Shown in pieces: positions 1-13,974 of a stretch of DNA of 64,000 nucleotides. The notes beneath the pieces are model-generated. The model saw only the letters and a program-made list of their open reading frames with translations. It made no database searches and was not told the origin of the DNA. The first letter of the stretch is position 1. Each line of letters begins with the position of its first letter. Source of the stretch: Phoronis australis (taxonomy: Eukaryota > Animalia > Phoronida); NCBI GenBank assembly GCA_002633005.1, contig NMRA01000022.1, forward strand, positions 1,108,518-1,172,517, read 5' to 3'. The position numbers were made by a program, and so were the translations under genes.

Positions 1-869
1 AAGTATGTTTACCTTGTGAAAGGTTTTGAACTTATTGCCAATAGACAGACAGCACTACATGTATGAAGAGTAAGCAGAATTTGCGGGAAAGTGGGGTGCA
101 GACAGCCAGTTCAGTTATCGGTATTCACCACTATTGATTTCTGTCTATCAGTATATGTCATACATGTAGCTAAGCAAGGGTATAAATACAGTGGCCACAT
201 TCTGTTCAAGATACATTCTCAAAAACGCTGTTACATGGTTTTAAGTTATCGCCACTGACTTCGTTTTTGTTTTATCCAACCATTTTTTTCATAGAATCAC
301 AAAAGTCCTAACTTTGATAGCTTTTCATACGGAAAACGAACATATTTTTATAAACAATTCTAACATTGTTTTGGAGAAAAGTGCAGAAAACATAATATAC
401 GTATATGGAAGTTTCAATTGAATCCAATCGGTCATTTCCGAGAGACGATGTTTCGAAATTAGTCAATGTTTTTAGAGATTGAAATGTTCTTAATCAATCT
501 CAGAGAACAAGCTGCTTCATTATAGACACATTAGTTTAACGTCATTTCGTTTCAATTTCCCCTGTCACTGAACCCAACATTGTAATTCACAAAATGGAAA
601 ATTCAATGAACTAAGCTTTTGATCCCCGTATTATCCGATGGCCAATTTCGCCAACACATATTTTAGGGGATTCTCCCAGTAAGTGAGAGCCACGGAGGCA
701 AAGCCAAACAAACTACCTTGAACACTGCCACTAGCGACAGCCACGAAAAATTGGATTTTTTTTGTTTATTCCGGTTATGGATAGGTTTGGCATAATAAAA
801 ACTCGTCATAACGTTGCGTGAAGTATGGGGTTTTCTTGTGACGAGGGTGGTAGATCGATGATTGAAGTC

Positions 870-1029
870 CAGCCTCCCGTTCAGTAACGCTAGGACCTCG
901 CGAAAAAAATAAATCTTCGCAAGATTACGTGAGTCATTGATGTGTAAATTAAATGAGAACACGTGAATTTGGCTACATTTCAGCTAGGTCCTAGCGTATT
1001 GGTTTTAGCGTTACTGAGCACACACCCGG
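870..1029 (+). mobile_element. ~160-bp MITE-like repeat, family A, copy 1
   Basis: Subterminal inverted repeat GTTCAGTAACGCTAGGACCT...(AGGTCC)TAGCGTTACTGA; similar copies at 17827, 39980 and 49449. Confidence 0.75.
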
Positions 1030-4000
1030 TTTGCCCCATGTCACATGCTGGGTACGGACATTTGTTTACTACTTATCCGAGATCAAAGGTTACAGGGCGG
1101 TCACTCAAATAGAATCTTCCGCCAGGTACCGAGCGGCTTTGTATACACTTAGTCCTTTTATTCATCCAAGTCGCCATAATATTGAGTCATCGAGACGTAC
1201 TTACCTGTACTAGAATCAAATGGTGCCAGGGAAACAAAGACAAAACGTGGTCTTGATCCTGAGGGAGCGGCGCGTCTACAACTTATGCATGACCGTCGGC
1301 GTTGAAAAAGAATGCTGCCGGTCGCAGTGTGATGATGAACACAGCAAGGTGTGAAAAGAGATAAATCCTCACCCACATTATTCAATTCAATTTATAACTT
1401 GACATTTCGATGTTTCGATCTCATACGACATGCTTTAACTACTGATTCGATTTTTGTTATCCATTTCTTACATCGGTGGGTTTACTTATCGTACCGAATT
1501 AGTTATTCGTTATGTCCAATCGAAGACAAGCTTACATTCAGCACGTAAGAGCATTTACGTGGTCACTTAATAAGAATCTGCAACATTATTAAAATTGCCT
1601 TGCATCCATGTTGAAAGTCTCCCGCTATTTTGAGATTTCAGAGCACGGGCCTGATTGGCCTATATGAACTGATTAAAAGTGCGCGTTGAATAAGAGCAGA
1701 AGAATGGTCGTTAAGTAACTAATAAGTACGCAGATTTGGCGCATAAAAGTAGCTCCATAATGCGTTACTTAGGTAGCCAGTAACACAACATACATGTAGA
1801 AGTTGGGACATGGAACAGCAGTTGCAACGCTCATTAGTTCTCTTCGGTTGCAGTTAACCGATGTTTGCCGTTCAAAACGAAACAGTTCAATTTTCAATGG
1901 CTGATTTAGTTTTTATGGTCAGCGATGCCAAACAAGAGGGAGGAAGACTGTCTAGTGTGCAACAGTTATCAATGACATCCATCTCCTTTCCCTAACCGGC
2001 CAAATTAAAGATGCTGATCATAAAAGTCCTGGTGCTGGGGCAAGTGCCATTCGTGTAATCCCAACCGGTGAACAGCATTCATACATCAGTGGGAAACGTG
2101 ATCGTAACGTCTAATGTTACAATTTACGCATGTACACTGTGCATGTCCGTAAGACTACTGCTGTTGCAGTGACTTCTAGCGATTTATTGCTACCGAGTAT
2201 AATTCTGTACAGTGTACGTTCAAATACCAAAACCCGAATATGATTAAAAGAACTTATGAAACGTAAACAATCAGTACTTTGAAGCTTATTTAAAACACGG
2301 CATGACCTTCACCACCGTGACAACTGAATATGCATATTTGATCATTATATGTCCGTTACTCATAGATCTGCTAAGTGAAGAAAGATGAAATACTCCTATT
2401 TGTGGTTTAAGAATGTGACTCTATAAACAACTTCTGTATACACGGATCAGCAGCATGGTGGCATCATACATGTACACATGCTTTCCGTTATCGATCCGCC
2501 ATGATAATCTTACTGTACATGTATGTCTGTATCAAAAATGAAACGTCCGAGTCAACGGCTACTGTAACCGAAGATCTCAGTCTGGTTTGCTCGTATACAA
2601 GTCAAAATTTCACAGCACTTCACGGCATTAAGATGGTTGTTACTTTTTGGCGAATGCAGAGATGTCACTGAGAGCTCAGTGCTGACATCACAGCTACCTG
2701 ATAACGACAGCCGCAACTATCAAAATACAACATTGCGGTTGTAACTGTATGTATACCACACGCGTCGCAGTACTGTTCCCGGAATAAGTACCTATCGGTT
2801 TTCCTTGGGACTGCATGCACATATTGTTAAAGTCTATGGGACAAAGGGTTTTTCATTAAAAAAAAAAAAAAAAACAAATTCGCGGTGTAGCATTGTAGCC
2901 ACGTCAAATACATGTCGTCGGCCAGCCTCTCAAAATCTCTTTTCAGACGTGCATAATTCTTGTCCGAAAAGTTGTGGGCCGGGTGTTTTCGCTGTTGCAT
3001 TCACGAACAAGCGTCAGGATGGGTGCGGACACTACAGAGACAAGAAATAAATTACGACTGGATTCATGCCAAAATCAGTTTAAAACTCTGCCGGACAAGG
3101 TACCCCACTGGAACAGAGGAGTCCTGGATTACATAGCGACACTCGAATCTTCGCTTATTGACCCAAAATGCCTCAGTATCCGTCAAGCAATTTTGTTCCT
3201 TGCCGTTTTAACGCCACTAGAGTTCCACTTATTTTTTGATGTCTTCGTCGTATCCTTTACAAGTGTTTTCAGCTAATTACTGTAATGGTTCGTCCAGTGC
3301 CTACAAAGCAGTGATGTTGTACTGCTGTGCTGCGCTGTGTGCTGGAAAGCTGACAGGAGTAACTTAGATACGTGGATGCGTGAAGTTCGTCACCTTCCCA
3401 ACATGAATCGAAGACAGTTCGTCGTGTCAATTTTGAACTGAACAGAATCCACTTTCTTGAAGACACCGTTCAATTCCGGTACATTTAAACGGTTGAAATG
3501 GGGAATATTTCCATGGCTGTACACCTCGACGTGAAAGTGATCCTGACAAGGTCAAAATATTACGGTCAATAGAAAACAACGCGCTTTCTTAGTTTCGGGA
3601 CGAAGGGGAGTTCTATCGCTGTGTAATCCGGGGCGGCTCTATTTGTTGAGTCAAGTTAATCGGGACAACTGGACAAGGGTTGGTTTGTCGATGATTTGCA
3701 ATGATTTTCGACTAACAGGAAGGTTGTACATGTACAATGTGTCCCTGTCACCGCTGAACTGAGTAAAAAGTAAAAAATAAACAACAATGCACTTCGCCGG
3801 CGAAAACATAATGGAAAAAGTTTATGCCTGTAGACCTTTAATAAGCTGGTAAGAGATTTGTATGTTGTTCACAATCAGCATACGTGCTAGTGCTAAACCA
3901 TTTACTAAGCACAATTCCAAATCACACAACTGAACGGTTTGTATCATGTACACGGCCTGATAGTTCTTTTATCTCATATTCCTGTAGGTTTTCAACGTTT

Positions 4001-4613
4001 CGCTCCATAGTGTATATAGGGCCTACATGTACACATTTCTGCAAATGCACTTGTAGAACGGCATATGTCAAGACTGACATGTTTCGCGAAGTCAAACATG
4101 TGGTCCACTACTCCGCAACCTGTCATCTGACACAATGTCGATTTGGGTAATTGGACGAAGCATTGCTCGAAGAAAAAATCTGATTACAGGAGCATTTGTT
4201 CGAGGTGGAAAGAAAGACATCAACGACTTTCTAAGGGGGCCATCTTTGCCCCCTCCTAAAAATCTCCCCGATCCCATTTAGAAGTTCGGGGGTGCGAATG
4301 TCTGACGGGAAAATCTTTGCTAATACTCTGCCCTGGCCCCCCTAACTAAAAATCCTGGATGAGACCCTGTTCACTGTCTCTACTGGGGCAAGCTAGAGAC
4401 TATCTACTTCAAAACCGCCTCTTCTGTCAAAATCGAATTTTAATTTCGGTCACAAACTGTCAAAAATGGTTTCACTTTCTTTTATTCAATTTAGAAATGA
4501 CCACTGAGCCCAAGAAAAAGTAGCATTTCGTTATGGCTTCAGATCAGGCACAACTTGAAAAGTTTCACGTCACAGTGTGAACGTTCCAGCTCCAGATGAA
4601 ATCGAAGCGACGA

Positions 4614-6079
4614 AGCAGTCAGTGATCAAAACAACAGAGCATTCAGTGTCGTAACACAAAGCCCGATACTAATTGTCGAGTACAACAGATCACTGAACCT
4701 GTGCATATGAAGCTACGACGTGTACATGTACATGTACATGTATTCCTCAATGTCTTCAGTCAGCCTACAGCCTGCAACCAAGGGACACCTAGCTAGTGAC
4801 TACCCCTCCTGCACTGTGTAAGACAGATATATATGTAGCAAATTTCGCTCGAAGTTAATGATGACTCGGTGGCCGAGTGGTGGGAGTGCTGCATTGTCAA
4901 CCCAGATTCAAACACTGTTGTTTACCAGGAAAAATATAAGCCTTGAGTTTATCAGATACTGAGTGCTCGTGACAACCTGAGAAATGTCCGACCGAAACTT
5001 CCAGCCAAGGCAATTATGCTAGAAGTTGCTGTAAGACCAAGGAGTTGTATACACGGTAGGAGCCTTAAAGGAGAATGCCACCCGACTTAATTAGTCATTT
5101 TTACTGTCTTAATCGGTCAAGATTCACTTCACCTCAGATACGGTAGATCTTATCTCACCGAGAGGTGTCGCATTAACCTGTGAGCGGAGGAAGGTGACAA
5201 ACGACGTAGCGACGTCAGTAGTTCTTATGCAGCTAGAGTAAGTGCCGCTTTGGTGTCTGGCGTGTATCTTTATTGCTTGTGCGAACCATGAAGCTGCGAG
5301 AAAAGCGAGTATAATATCGTGTATTTTCGATTTTCTCGAGACACCANAGCAGTCAGTGATCAAAACAACAGAGCATTCAGTGTCGTAACACAAAGCCCGA
5401 TAATTGTCGAGTACAACAGATCACTGAGCCTGTGCATATGAAGCTACGACGTGTACATGTACATGTATGCCTCAATGTCTTCAGTCAGCCTACAGCTTAA
5501 GCTGCAACCAAGGGACACCTAGCTAGTGACTTCCCCTCCTGCACCGCTGTGTAAGACAGATATATATGTAGCAAATTTCGCTCGAAGTTAATGATGACTC
5601 GGTGGCCGAGTGGTGGGAGTGCTGCATTGTCAACCCAGATTCAAACACTGTTGTTTACCAGGAAAAATATAAGCCTTGAGTGTATCAGATACTGAGTGCT
5701 CGTGACAACCTGAGAAATGTCCGACCGAAACTTCCAGCCAAGGCAATTATGCTAGAAGTTGCTGTAAGACCAAGGAGTTGTATACACGGTAGGAGCCTTA
5801 AAGGAGAATGCCACCCGACTTAATTAGTCATTTTTACTGTCTTAATCGGTCAAGATTCACTTCACCTCAGATACGGTAGATCTTATCTCACCGAGAGGTG
5901 TCGCATTAACCTGTGAGCGGAGGAAGGTGACAAACGACGTAGCGACGTCAGTAGTTCTTATGCAGCTAGAGTAAGTGCCGCTTTGGTGTCTGGCGTGTAT
6001 CTTTATTGCTTGTGCGAACCATGAAGCTGCGAGAAAAGCGAGTATAATATCGTGTATTTTCGATTTTCTCGAGACACCA
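4614..6079. repeat. ~730-bp direct duplication joined by a single N (5347); probable uncollapsed haplotypes
   Basis: 4614-5346 and 5348-6079 are near-identical, with a few SNPs and small indels. Confidence 0.85.
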
Positions 6080-6400
6080 TAATACTTCGGAGGTGGCTCG
6101 CGGTAGCGAAGAACGAAAATTACGCCCGTATACCAAAAATGAGGCCTTGAAACTTCTCCGTGTCTTTGAATGGCCTGCAATTCGTCCGGTCGCCGGGTTG
6201 TTGATCAGTTTTTGATGATGGAGAATTGAAGTTGGCTATGAAAACATAAACAAGTACAATTAATTCAAGGCGTGAGAATATAACGTTTTATACAGCCTGT
6301 TTCATTACTGAGGCTTCTGTTTGGTCCTCTGTATATGGGATGTGGAAGTACTCGATCTTAATTGATAGAAACTAGGTTGTTTTTTGGGTAGCATTCTCCT
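5802..6400. mobile_element. Non-autonomous Kolobok-like DNA transposon (~600 bp)
   Basis: TTAA|AGGAGAATGCCACCC ... GGGTAGCATTCTCCT|TTAA; 5'-RR termini and TTAA target duplication are Kolobok hallmarks. Confidence 0.8.
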
Positions 6401-9344
6401 TTAAGTATGACTTACAGGTATAAAATAATATGAGATCAGCTATACAATCGCATGCAAAACCTTAGACACCATTTTCGTGCACTTCTAATTGCCTATGGAA
6501 TTGTTTAGAATCTCTGAACTCCGTAATTTACTGTGCGTCTTATAGAGTCTTAATGTACAACAAAAGTGCCTACTGAATCTGCACATATATACAGTAGATT
6601 CATCGTTCCAGGTATCCTTACAGAAACTAATAGGTGAACATATACATGTAGGGTTGCATATACATGTACTCCGCTACAAACACACCTACAGACTAGTATG
6701 ATCAAATAAAGTGCCAATACTAGATTCTACAGTCTCTCGGTTTGCCAATGTACACATTTATGAGCCTGCGAGCCGGGTTCAGGTTAGGAGTCCATAAAAT
6801 TGTCTATATTTGGCTAACTTTGCAACATCGTGTCTCACTGGTTGGTCGAATTCATATACTAAACTTTCCCTTACCTTGCTGTATTCACTGTTCTCACAGA
6901 GTTGGTGTTAGACATTGTTTTAATATGTAGCATGGGGGCTATCAAGGTACGAGATTTTTTAGTATTTTTGAGATTTCATCCTGAACTTGTATCATAATGA
7001 ATCTTGGACATATTTAAACTGTTATTTACAATGAGCGTACCTTTTTGTAGATGTTGCGTGACCCATTGGCGGCGGATTGTATGAAGTTAAAAATCTAGGC
7101 ATTCTACTTTTAGAGATTACATACATTTTTTGAGTTAAATTCTAGTTTTGTACATACATTATTAAAAAGAGATTTGTCGATAATGTCCCTTTTATCCTTA
7201 TATAGAATCTTTACTCTTGTTTAATACGACGTCATTTTTACGTTAGACTCGTTCCAATAAAGTTGGAGTGCGTCTGCTTTCGTCTAATGAATACGTTACA
7301 GAACGACGCCGCCAGTTCCGAATCGGTCCAAGGTATATTGACGTTTCTTTACAGGAAGTAAGACTGCACTTGACTATATTCAGCCAGTACATTTCCCAAC
7401 TTTACGATGTCTGTATGACCCTCTTACCTGAAATCCGCCTTTTCTGTATAAGGGCCCTGGGCGTACCTGTATTATTTGGCTTGTAACTGCTCGTTATTTT
7501 CCCAAAATTCCCGTAAAATCTCCTAGGGAGCAAATAAGGACATCCCTAGTAAAAAGACATCCTTAACACACATGTATTTTTGATATTTTAGATAGATTGG
7601 TCTACCCAGATATTCCCAGCGATACAAGCAATATGAGAAAACACATCCTAACCACTCCAACGTAGTCTTGCAAGTACAAGACAAATTTAATCAGATAAAG
7701 TGCCGTTTTCCCGTCACGACGTCTAATTTCATTAACGGCAAAATGACTAACAAAACCAAAATTGTACTTGCACAATGACCTAGCCACCTACTCAGTAACT
7801 TTCCTGTTAATTCATTTTCATTCTCGGTTGTTTGAGCGAAGGCTAGAACACTGAAGGTGAACTCAACTTCCACTCAACCGTCATGAAATTCCGAGTCGTT
7901 TTGTTTGAATACTTTGGCCTGCACTGAAAGTGAAATAGACTTTTCGTGTTATAAGGGGGGNCAGAACAAAGAACGAAAGGCTAAAAGAAGTAATGATACT
8001 AAACAGACTTAAAGATTCTAGTGGAGACTAGAGGATTGTAAATCAATAAGCCTAGCCATGATTGTATTTGGCATTTGATGCCATTTGTGCAACAGAACGT
8101 TGCTCAGAACGTTTTGTTCAACCTAATTTACAAGCGTTGTAGTTCAAAGATAATTCAAAACTTCGAAGTGCCACCTTGTCATGACTTTGCCCATCCTGAA
8201 ATCACTAAGCAGTGGTTGATTACCGAAGCTAACTGGAAAGTTCAAGTTAACGTCGATATTTACGCCTACATAATGAAAGCGCATCCGGTAACGGAACTCA
8301 ACGGCATAAAAGTGCATGTATCTTGAGCAGTTAGCGGGAAAGTGCCGCCCATCAATTACAGCGGTGAATTAGACGCTCTTTAGTTACACTCGTATTTTAT
8401 GCTAATTGTTAACGTGTAGGACTCAGTGACACAATAACCTTAGAGCATAAAACGTTCTATTTGAAAAAAAAAACATGAACACAAGAGGTTTAAAATCGAC
8501 TAAAATTTATTTATTTGCATTACTCTTACATGTATTTACAGCTGTGTTGTTTAAATGACATGGCGTGTTGATGAAAATTATTTGAAAAGAAATGGGTTCG
8601 CTCAAAACGGAAGCAAAACAGCAGCGTTATTTTTCATTATATAATTTCAGCCTCGGTATAACTGTAAACACTTTTTTCTGCTGACAACAAAGTCTTAAGA
8701 AGACTACAAGCAGTTAATGGGACCAATTATTTTCATCGATTAATTAATTTCTGTGATGTTCTCAGCTAGTTCCTGTTTACGTTTTTGCAGCTTTTGGATT
8801 TCTGATCCCGGCAGTGCAAGGTCATTAGCCAAATACTCACTTAAGGTGGAAAGAACTTCGCTGAAAACCTTTTTCGGTCTTTCTTGTTTACAGATCTAAA
8901 AATTTCCAGAAATTTCCGCATCGGAGTATTCTGTAATTCTGGAGTCTAGTATATTACACAGTGGGCACATATAATGAGTTTTGGAGCTGATGGCTATGTT
9001 TGTGCTAAATTATTGACAATTGTACAATGACTAACTTAGTAACTAACTTAAGTTTAAAACACGACACAGCTCTGTTTCTTACGATAACTTTAAGGAACTT
9101 CATGGTGCTTCCTTCTGTGGTTTGTCAACAAAACCTAACATGGGAGGAATTTGTAAACATTTTGGTATCTTTTGAACTGTTCAAAGGCATGGAACGCGAG
9201 TTCTATTACTGAAAATAATTAAGCAAATCGTGTCGAATATACTTTTTGGGATGCTAACGTGAGAACTATTCACTTTGAATATTGCAAGAATTTCTGGAAA
9301 AATCAACACATTCACTATAATTGAAAAACAGACGAAATATGTCA

Positions 9345-10090
9345 TTGGAGGGGACCAGCCCGAAGGCGACTGAAGAACGTTTGTATTATAATAGGGAGCC
9401 TTACCTAAAGCCAGTCAAAAGCGGGCCAATTATGCAATTTTAAAGGAAACCACGAGAAGATGTATGAACATTGGGACCTCCTGTAATAGTCAGGGGCCGT
9501 GACCAAAGGTAGTTAAACAGTGGTGCCTCCAAACTAATGTTGGGTATCCTAGTAATGTAACGCACTTTGCTCTTCGGCAGCCTAAAGACCCTGTGGCCCC
9601 CTTCAAGTGGGCCGCCTATATTAAAATTGACGGTCTCGCTCGTCGGGCGAGGTCACTCATATTAATATATGGAGCCTCGCCAGAAGACAGCCGGAGAGCG
9701 GGGTCCATAGGGGGCCCCGGTCTGCAGCTGCCTTCCGGCGAGGCCCTCTATATTAATATAGAGGCCTTGCTTTTCGATCGCCTTTCAGCGAGGCCTCCTA
9801 TAATAATACAGTCGGCCTCGCTGAAAGGCGGCCGGAGAAAGGGGCCCTCTATATTATTATAGAGGGAACACTCTCCGGCCGCCTTTCGGCGAGGCCGCTT
9901 GTATTGTTATAGAGGGCCTCGCCTAAAGGCGACTGGAGAGCGGGGCCAGCAATATTAATATAGAAGGGCCCCGCTCATTGGCCACCATTTGGCGGTGCCC
10001 TTCTATATTAATATAGATAGCCCCGCTCATCGGCCACCTTTCTGCGGGGCTCTCTATATTAATATAGGGGCCTCGCTTTTGAGGCCGGAA
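9345..10090. repeat. Array of ~51-bp units: palindromic AT core plus GC-rich arm in mixed orientation
   Basis: Cores CTATATTAATATAG or variants at 9748, 9798, 9849, 9899, 9950, 10003 and 10054; more degenerate units lie to the left. Confidence 0.85.
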
Positions 10091-10959
10091 ATTCATTTTT
10101 TGCCTATGTCGTTTTAATAAGAATAAAACATTTCAAGTAATAAGCTGTTAAATTCTTTCATCCCGATTTTCAATTCTGTTTTCAAATTCCTCGCTCGATT
10201 ACGTCCAAAGTTGGCCAACTGGTTGCTGCCTTCCACGTCCCCACTAGGCTGTGACGTCTAGAAAATCACTTCTGTGGCTACTTTTGGGGGGGGAACATAA
10301 TTTTGGTGGATATTGATGTCATTAAATGATGTTTTAAAGATTCTAAAAAGTTACTAACGTTTGGATGGCACCTTTTCCTAAAATTGGACCTAAAAATTTT
10401 GAAATTTTGCGAAATTTGGTACAGAAAACCATTATTTAAAAACCAACAACACTGAGCAAAAACTAAATGATAATTTGTCTCGCGTTTGTTTTTTGGAAAT
10501 TACTAGACAAGAACGACAAGTGATAAATGTGAAATGAATTGAAAAAATGATGAAAAAGAAAAACAATTATTTTAGAAGCGTCTCCTCCTGGCCGGCCGTC
10601 AAACACACCATTGCATTCTGAGGTCATATCAAAACAATATTTTTAATAGTTTAGAACTTGATAAAATTTCAAATACTTCGATCCCTTACTAGAACGTTTT
10701 TTAATCTTGATGTTAAACCCTTCACGCCATCGTATGTTCGTTCATGCTTGAATTCGGTTACCATCGATTTTGGTGTGATATTTTAAGCATTTCTTCTTCA
10801 ATGTGTGTAGGTGTAATCAAGAAATAAACGCGAAAATAAAGAAAAATGTGTGACATCATCAGTGGAAGTCCGGTGATCGCCATTGTGTTGTTCTATACCC
10901 GGCCAGTGGAGAGCCGGAATGGTCTCGAAAAGTGTTTAATACTGCCCGAGACGAGTTTT

Positions 10960-11235
10960 ATGAAAAGTTGCGTGAGTGTAGGATGCAGTGATAACATTTG
11001 GACGGACAATACATGTATTTAATGTTTTGTGTTTAAAAAAACGGAAAATCGTCCAAAAATGGCGCCGGTGCACGCTGGGGCAAGCAACCAGTTAAGGCAG
11101 GAACCACGCTGTGCTCAGATTATTTTGAAGACTCGGGATTGGACCTGTCGCAGAAACGAAGATTTGATGAAGGTTTCTCCAAAGTGTAAGCGCACTTGAT
11201 GGACAAAAAGATTGTATTGGGTTGTACCATTGCTG
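10960..11235 (+). pseudogene. Degenerate THAP zinc-finger relic (transposon-derived)
   Basis: Across frameshifts and stops: MKSCVSVGCSDN..., KIVQKWRR, TTLCSDYFEDS; resembles THAP C-x4-C...W...CSxHF. Confidence 0.45.
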
Positions 11236-12601
11236 GGAACGTGGTTGTCAGGCACGTAAAGGTATCAGGCTCATCATGATCAAATTGTGAAAAACGCACT
11301 TGGCCTTTGAAGAAATGAAATCAACATGAGCCCTACGCGCCACTCAGAAATGTCAGCTCTGAAGTCAGAACTGTCCGCAGCCGGAGTAGCCGCCGACTTG
11401 GCTTCACTCGCCGCAAACGCAGGTGCGGAAGGGTCCTGTTCGTACGGCCTTTAGCGCGAAGAGTCTGCCGATATGGAGAGGTGTAACCCATTATCTGTTT
11501 CACCTAAGGCATGNCCCCCCCCCTATCCTCCATATGTCACACCATAGTACTTGTCAAGCTCGCTCTTCAAGTCGTTGTAACTTCCAAAATCACTACTATC
11601 CGCTATTGTTAACTGATCAACGTCTTCCACTGGTGACATCACGGGGCGATAAACCAAAACGTCATTATTTTTTAATTTCAAACTCTAGATATTTCCCAAA
11701 TTAACTGTTTCTTTAGTTAGATTTGATGTTATAAAATCATGATTAATACACTGTCTAAATTCTCAAAATTTGCAAATTTAAAATCCATTGTACAAACGCT
11801 TTAAAAGCCGAAGAATTTTGAGTGTTTACACGAACTGTCGTCGATTTCCATGACGTGTTCTTGGTCAGCCGACTTCCAATCAAGCCACTCTCGCCCCTAA
11901 TGTCTGCAATAGTTGACGTTAATAGCCAATAACCCGTAACGGGTGTCTCGACTTATTGAACTCGTCAGAAGCACCAAGCCGAGGGTTTGATTACACATTG
12001 TTCTATATTCAAGGCTATTTCCACGGAAAACTGAACAATCGTATTTACATCAAGCTTTTAGAATATAAGGACAATTGTTACGTCGCGGAATTAAATTAAT
12101 TTCTCAGTTGCAAACGTACAAACATAGGATAGGTCAAACCGAGTACAGACGTCATTACTCAGGTGGATAGGATCTATTCCTGACGTCCACGCGTGTCTGT
12201 GACACACTCTATACACGTATGTACATGTATATACCCAACCGGCGGACGGGCAAAAAAGCCCACCGCCTCTGCTGTTCGCTGTCGTTACCAGCACACAACC
12301 TTGAATGTAAGAAATACACTCATAAAAAGTGTGTTTACAAAAACAAGCTTTCTTATTTTCCGTAGTCTTACATGTTTTTCCCGCGTTGGGGAGAAGCCTC
12401 TTTAGTCTGTCTTGCTCACATAATGAAAACGACATTGAATAAATGAAATGGAGAAGGAAATCAGGTTTGGTTACTTATAAATATAACCAGTTGTTTTGCT
12501 TTGTTAATAAGGCAACTTAGCTCCTAAACTTGAAATATTTTGTTTATGGCGGAATACAAAATAGAGTCAAGCCACACGTAGAACGTTCACCCCAGTCAAC
12601 C

Positions 12602-13009
12602 CACAGGCGTCCTCAGCTTCTGATCGTCTCAAGCGGCGGATTTAGGGGGGCCAAGGGGGCCATGGCCCCCTTAATATTCTACCAGATACCATTTGGGAGT
12701 TTGCGTGTGAATTGCTGACTAGCACTTGCGCGCAATCAGGAGGTGAATAAACGATGCATAGGCCCAGAACAAACCCGTTCACCGTTTTTTTTTGGTCAAC
12801 AGGTACGCAAACCCTAAAATTCGAGGCCCTGCATCCCCACATGTGACGCTGGGCGCGCGCATCTGCCGAAATTCTGGTTATTCCTGTGCCCTGGCCCCCC
12901 TAACTCAAAATCCTGGATCCGCCTCTGGTCCCCAATACACTACATGTATATAATACGTGGTATATATACAATGTGTATTGGGGACGATAAGGAGCTGAGG
13001 ACGCCTGTG
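12602..13009. mobile_element. Hairpin MITE (CACAGGCGTCCTCAGCT... TIR ~37 bp) interrupted by a nested element
   Basis: Left CACAGGCGTCCTCAGCTTCTGATCGTC/CCCAATACAC pairs with right GTGTATTGGGGACGATAAGGAGCTGAGGACGCCTGTG; imperfect 8-bp flanks AGTCAACC/AGCCAACG. Confidence 0.75.
12631..12927. mobile_element. GC-rich-end MITE (CAGNGGCGGAT family)
   Basis: AAGCGGCGGATTTAGG ... CCTGGATCCGCCTCTG; 5-bp TSD GTCTC/GTCCC. Confidence 0.75.
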
Positions 13010-13974
13010 AGCCAACGCGGTTTGATCAGGCGTTGTTCAAATTATGGTTAGTTAGTTCTACAACCAAGGCAAACACATTAAAAGTCCATTTCTGATCGCG
13101 GGGTAACGACTTTGGGAAGTAGTGCATGTGTTAACGTGCTAAGGGTAGTGCAGCCCAGTTACTTAAACGCCATCAATTTGTCTCTATGTTCTGCCGTTCA
13201 TAAACGACCACCGTTCTGATCTTAATCTACGCGCAATTTTGCTTAATCAATGAGTAGTTTTGTTTAACGAAGCATACTTTTACTTCATGAACATGCTGAA
13301 TTAGATATTCGTTACGTCCAATCAAAGACAAGTTTACATTCAGAACGCGGTCACTTGATCAGAATCTGCGACATTCTTTAAAAGTTGCCTTGCACCCGGC
13401 CATGTAAAAGTCTTTCGGCATTTTCAGNCCTGTGCCCTGGCCCCCCTAACTCAAAATCCTGGATCCGCCTCTGTCCCCAATACACGACATGTATATAATA
13501 CGTGGTATACAATGTATATACAATGTGTATTGGGGACGATCAGGAGCTGAGGACGCCTGTGAGCCAACGCGGTTTGATCAGGCGTTGTTCAAATTATGGT
13601 TAGTTAGTTCTACAACCAAACACATTAAAATTCCATTTCTGATCGCGGGGTAACGACTTTGGGAAGTAGTGCATGTGTTAACGTGCTAAGGGTAGTGCAG
13701 CCCAGTTACTTAAACGCCATCAATTTGTCTCTATGTTCTGCCGTTCATAAACGACCACCGTTCTGATCTTAATCTACGCGCAATTTTGCTTAATCAATGA
13801 GTAGTTTTGTTTAACGAAGCATACTTTTACTTCATGAACATGCTGAATTAGATATTCGTTACGTCCAATCAAAGACAAGTTTACATTCAGAACGCGGTCA
13901 CTTGATCAGAATCTGCGACATTCTTTAAAAGTTGCCTTGCACCCGGCCATGTAAAAGTCTTTCGGCATTTTCAG
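12883..13974. repeat. ~545-bp direct duplication joined by a single N (13428); probable uncollapsed haplotypes
   Basis: 12883-13427 and 13429-13974 are near-identical. Confidence 0.85.

Noticed and set aside
4863-4915. tRNA gene (A box TGGCCGAGTGG; likewise 15414 and 19522)
   Set aside because: No complete cloverleaf or acceptor stem; SINE-like remnants at most.
4614-6079. Real tandem gene duplication (identical ORFs 5124-5393 and 5857-6180)
   Set aside because: The copies abut at a single N, differ like alleles, and the ORFs lie in a non-coding Kolobok-like element; likely an assembly artefact.
9345-10090. CRISPR array
   Set aside because: The inter-repeat segments are copies of one sequence in two orientations, not unique spacers; no cas genes; eukaryotic context.
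12883-13974. Real tandem duplication
   Set aside because: Same N-junction signature, and it begins mid-element.
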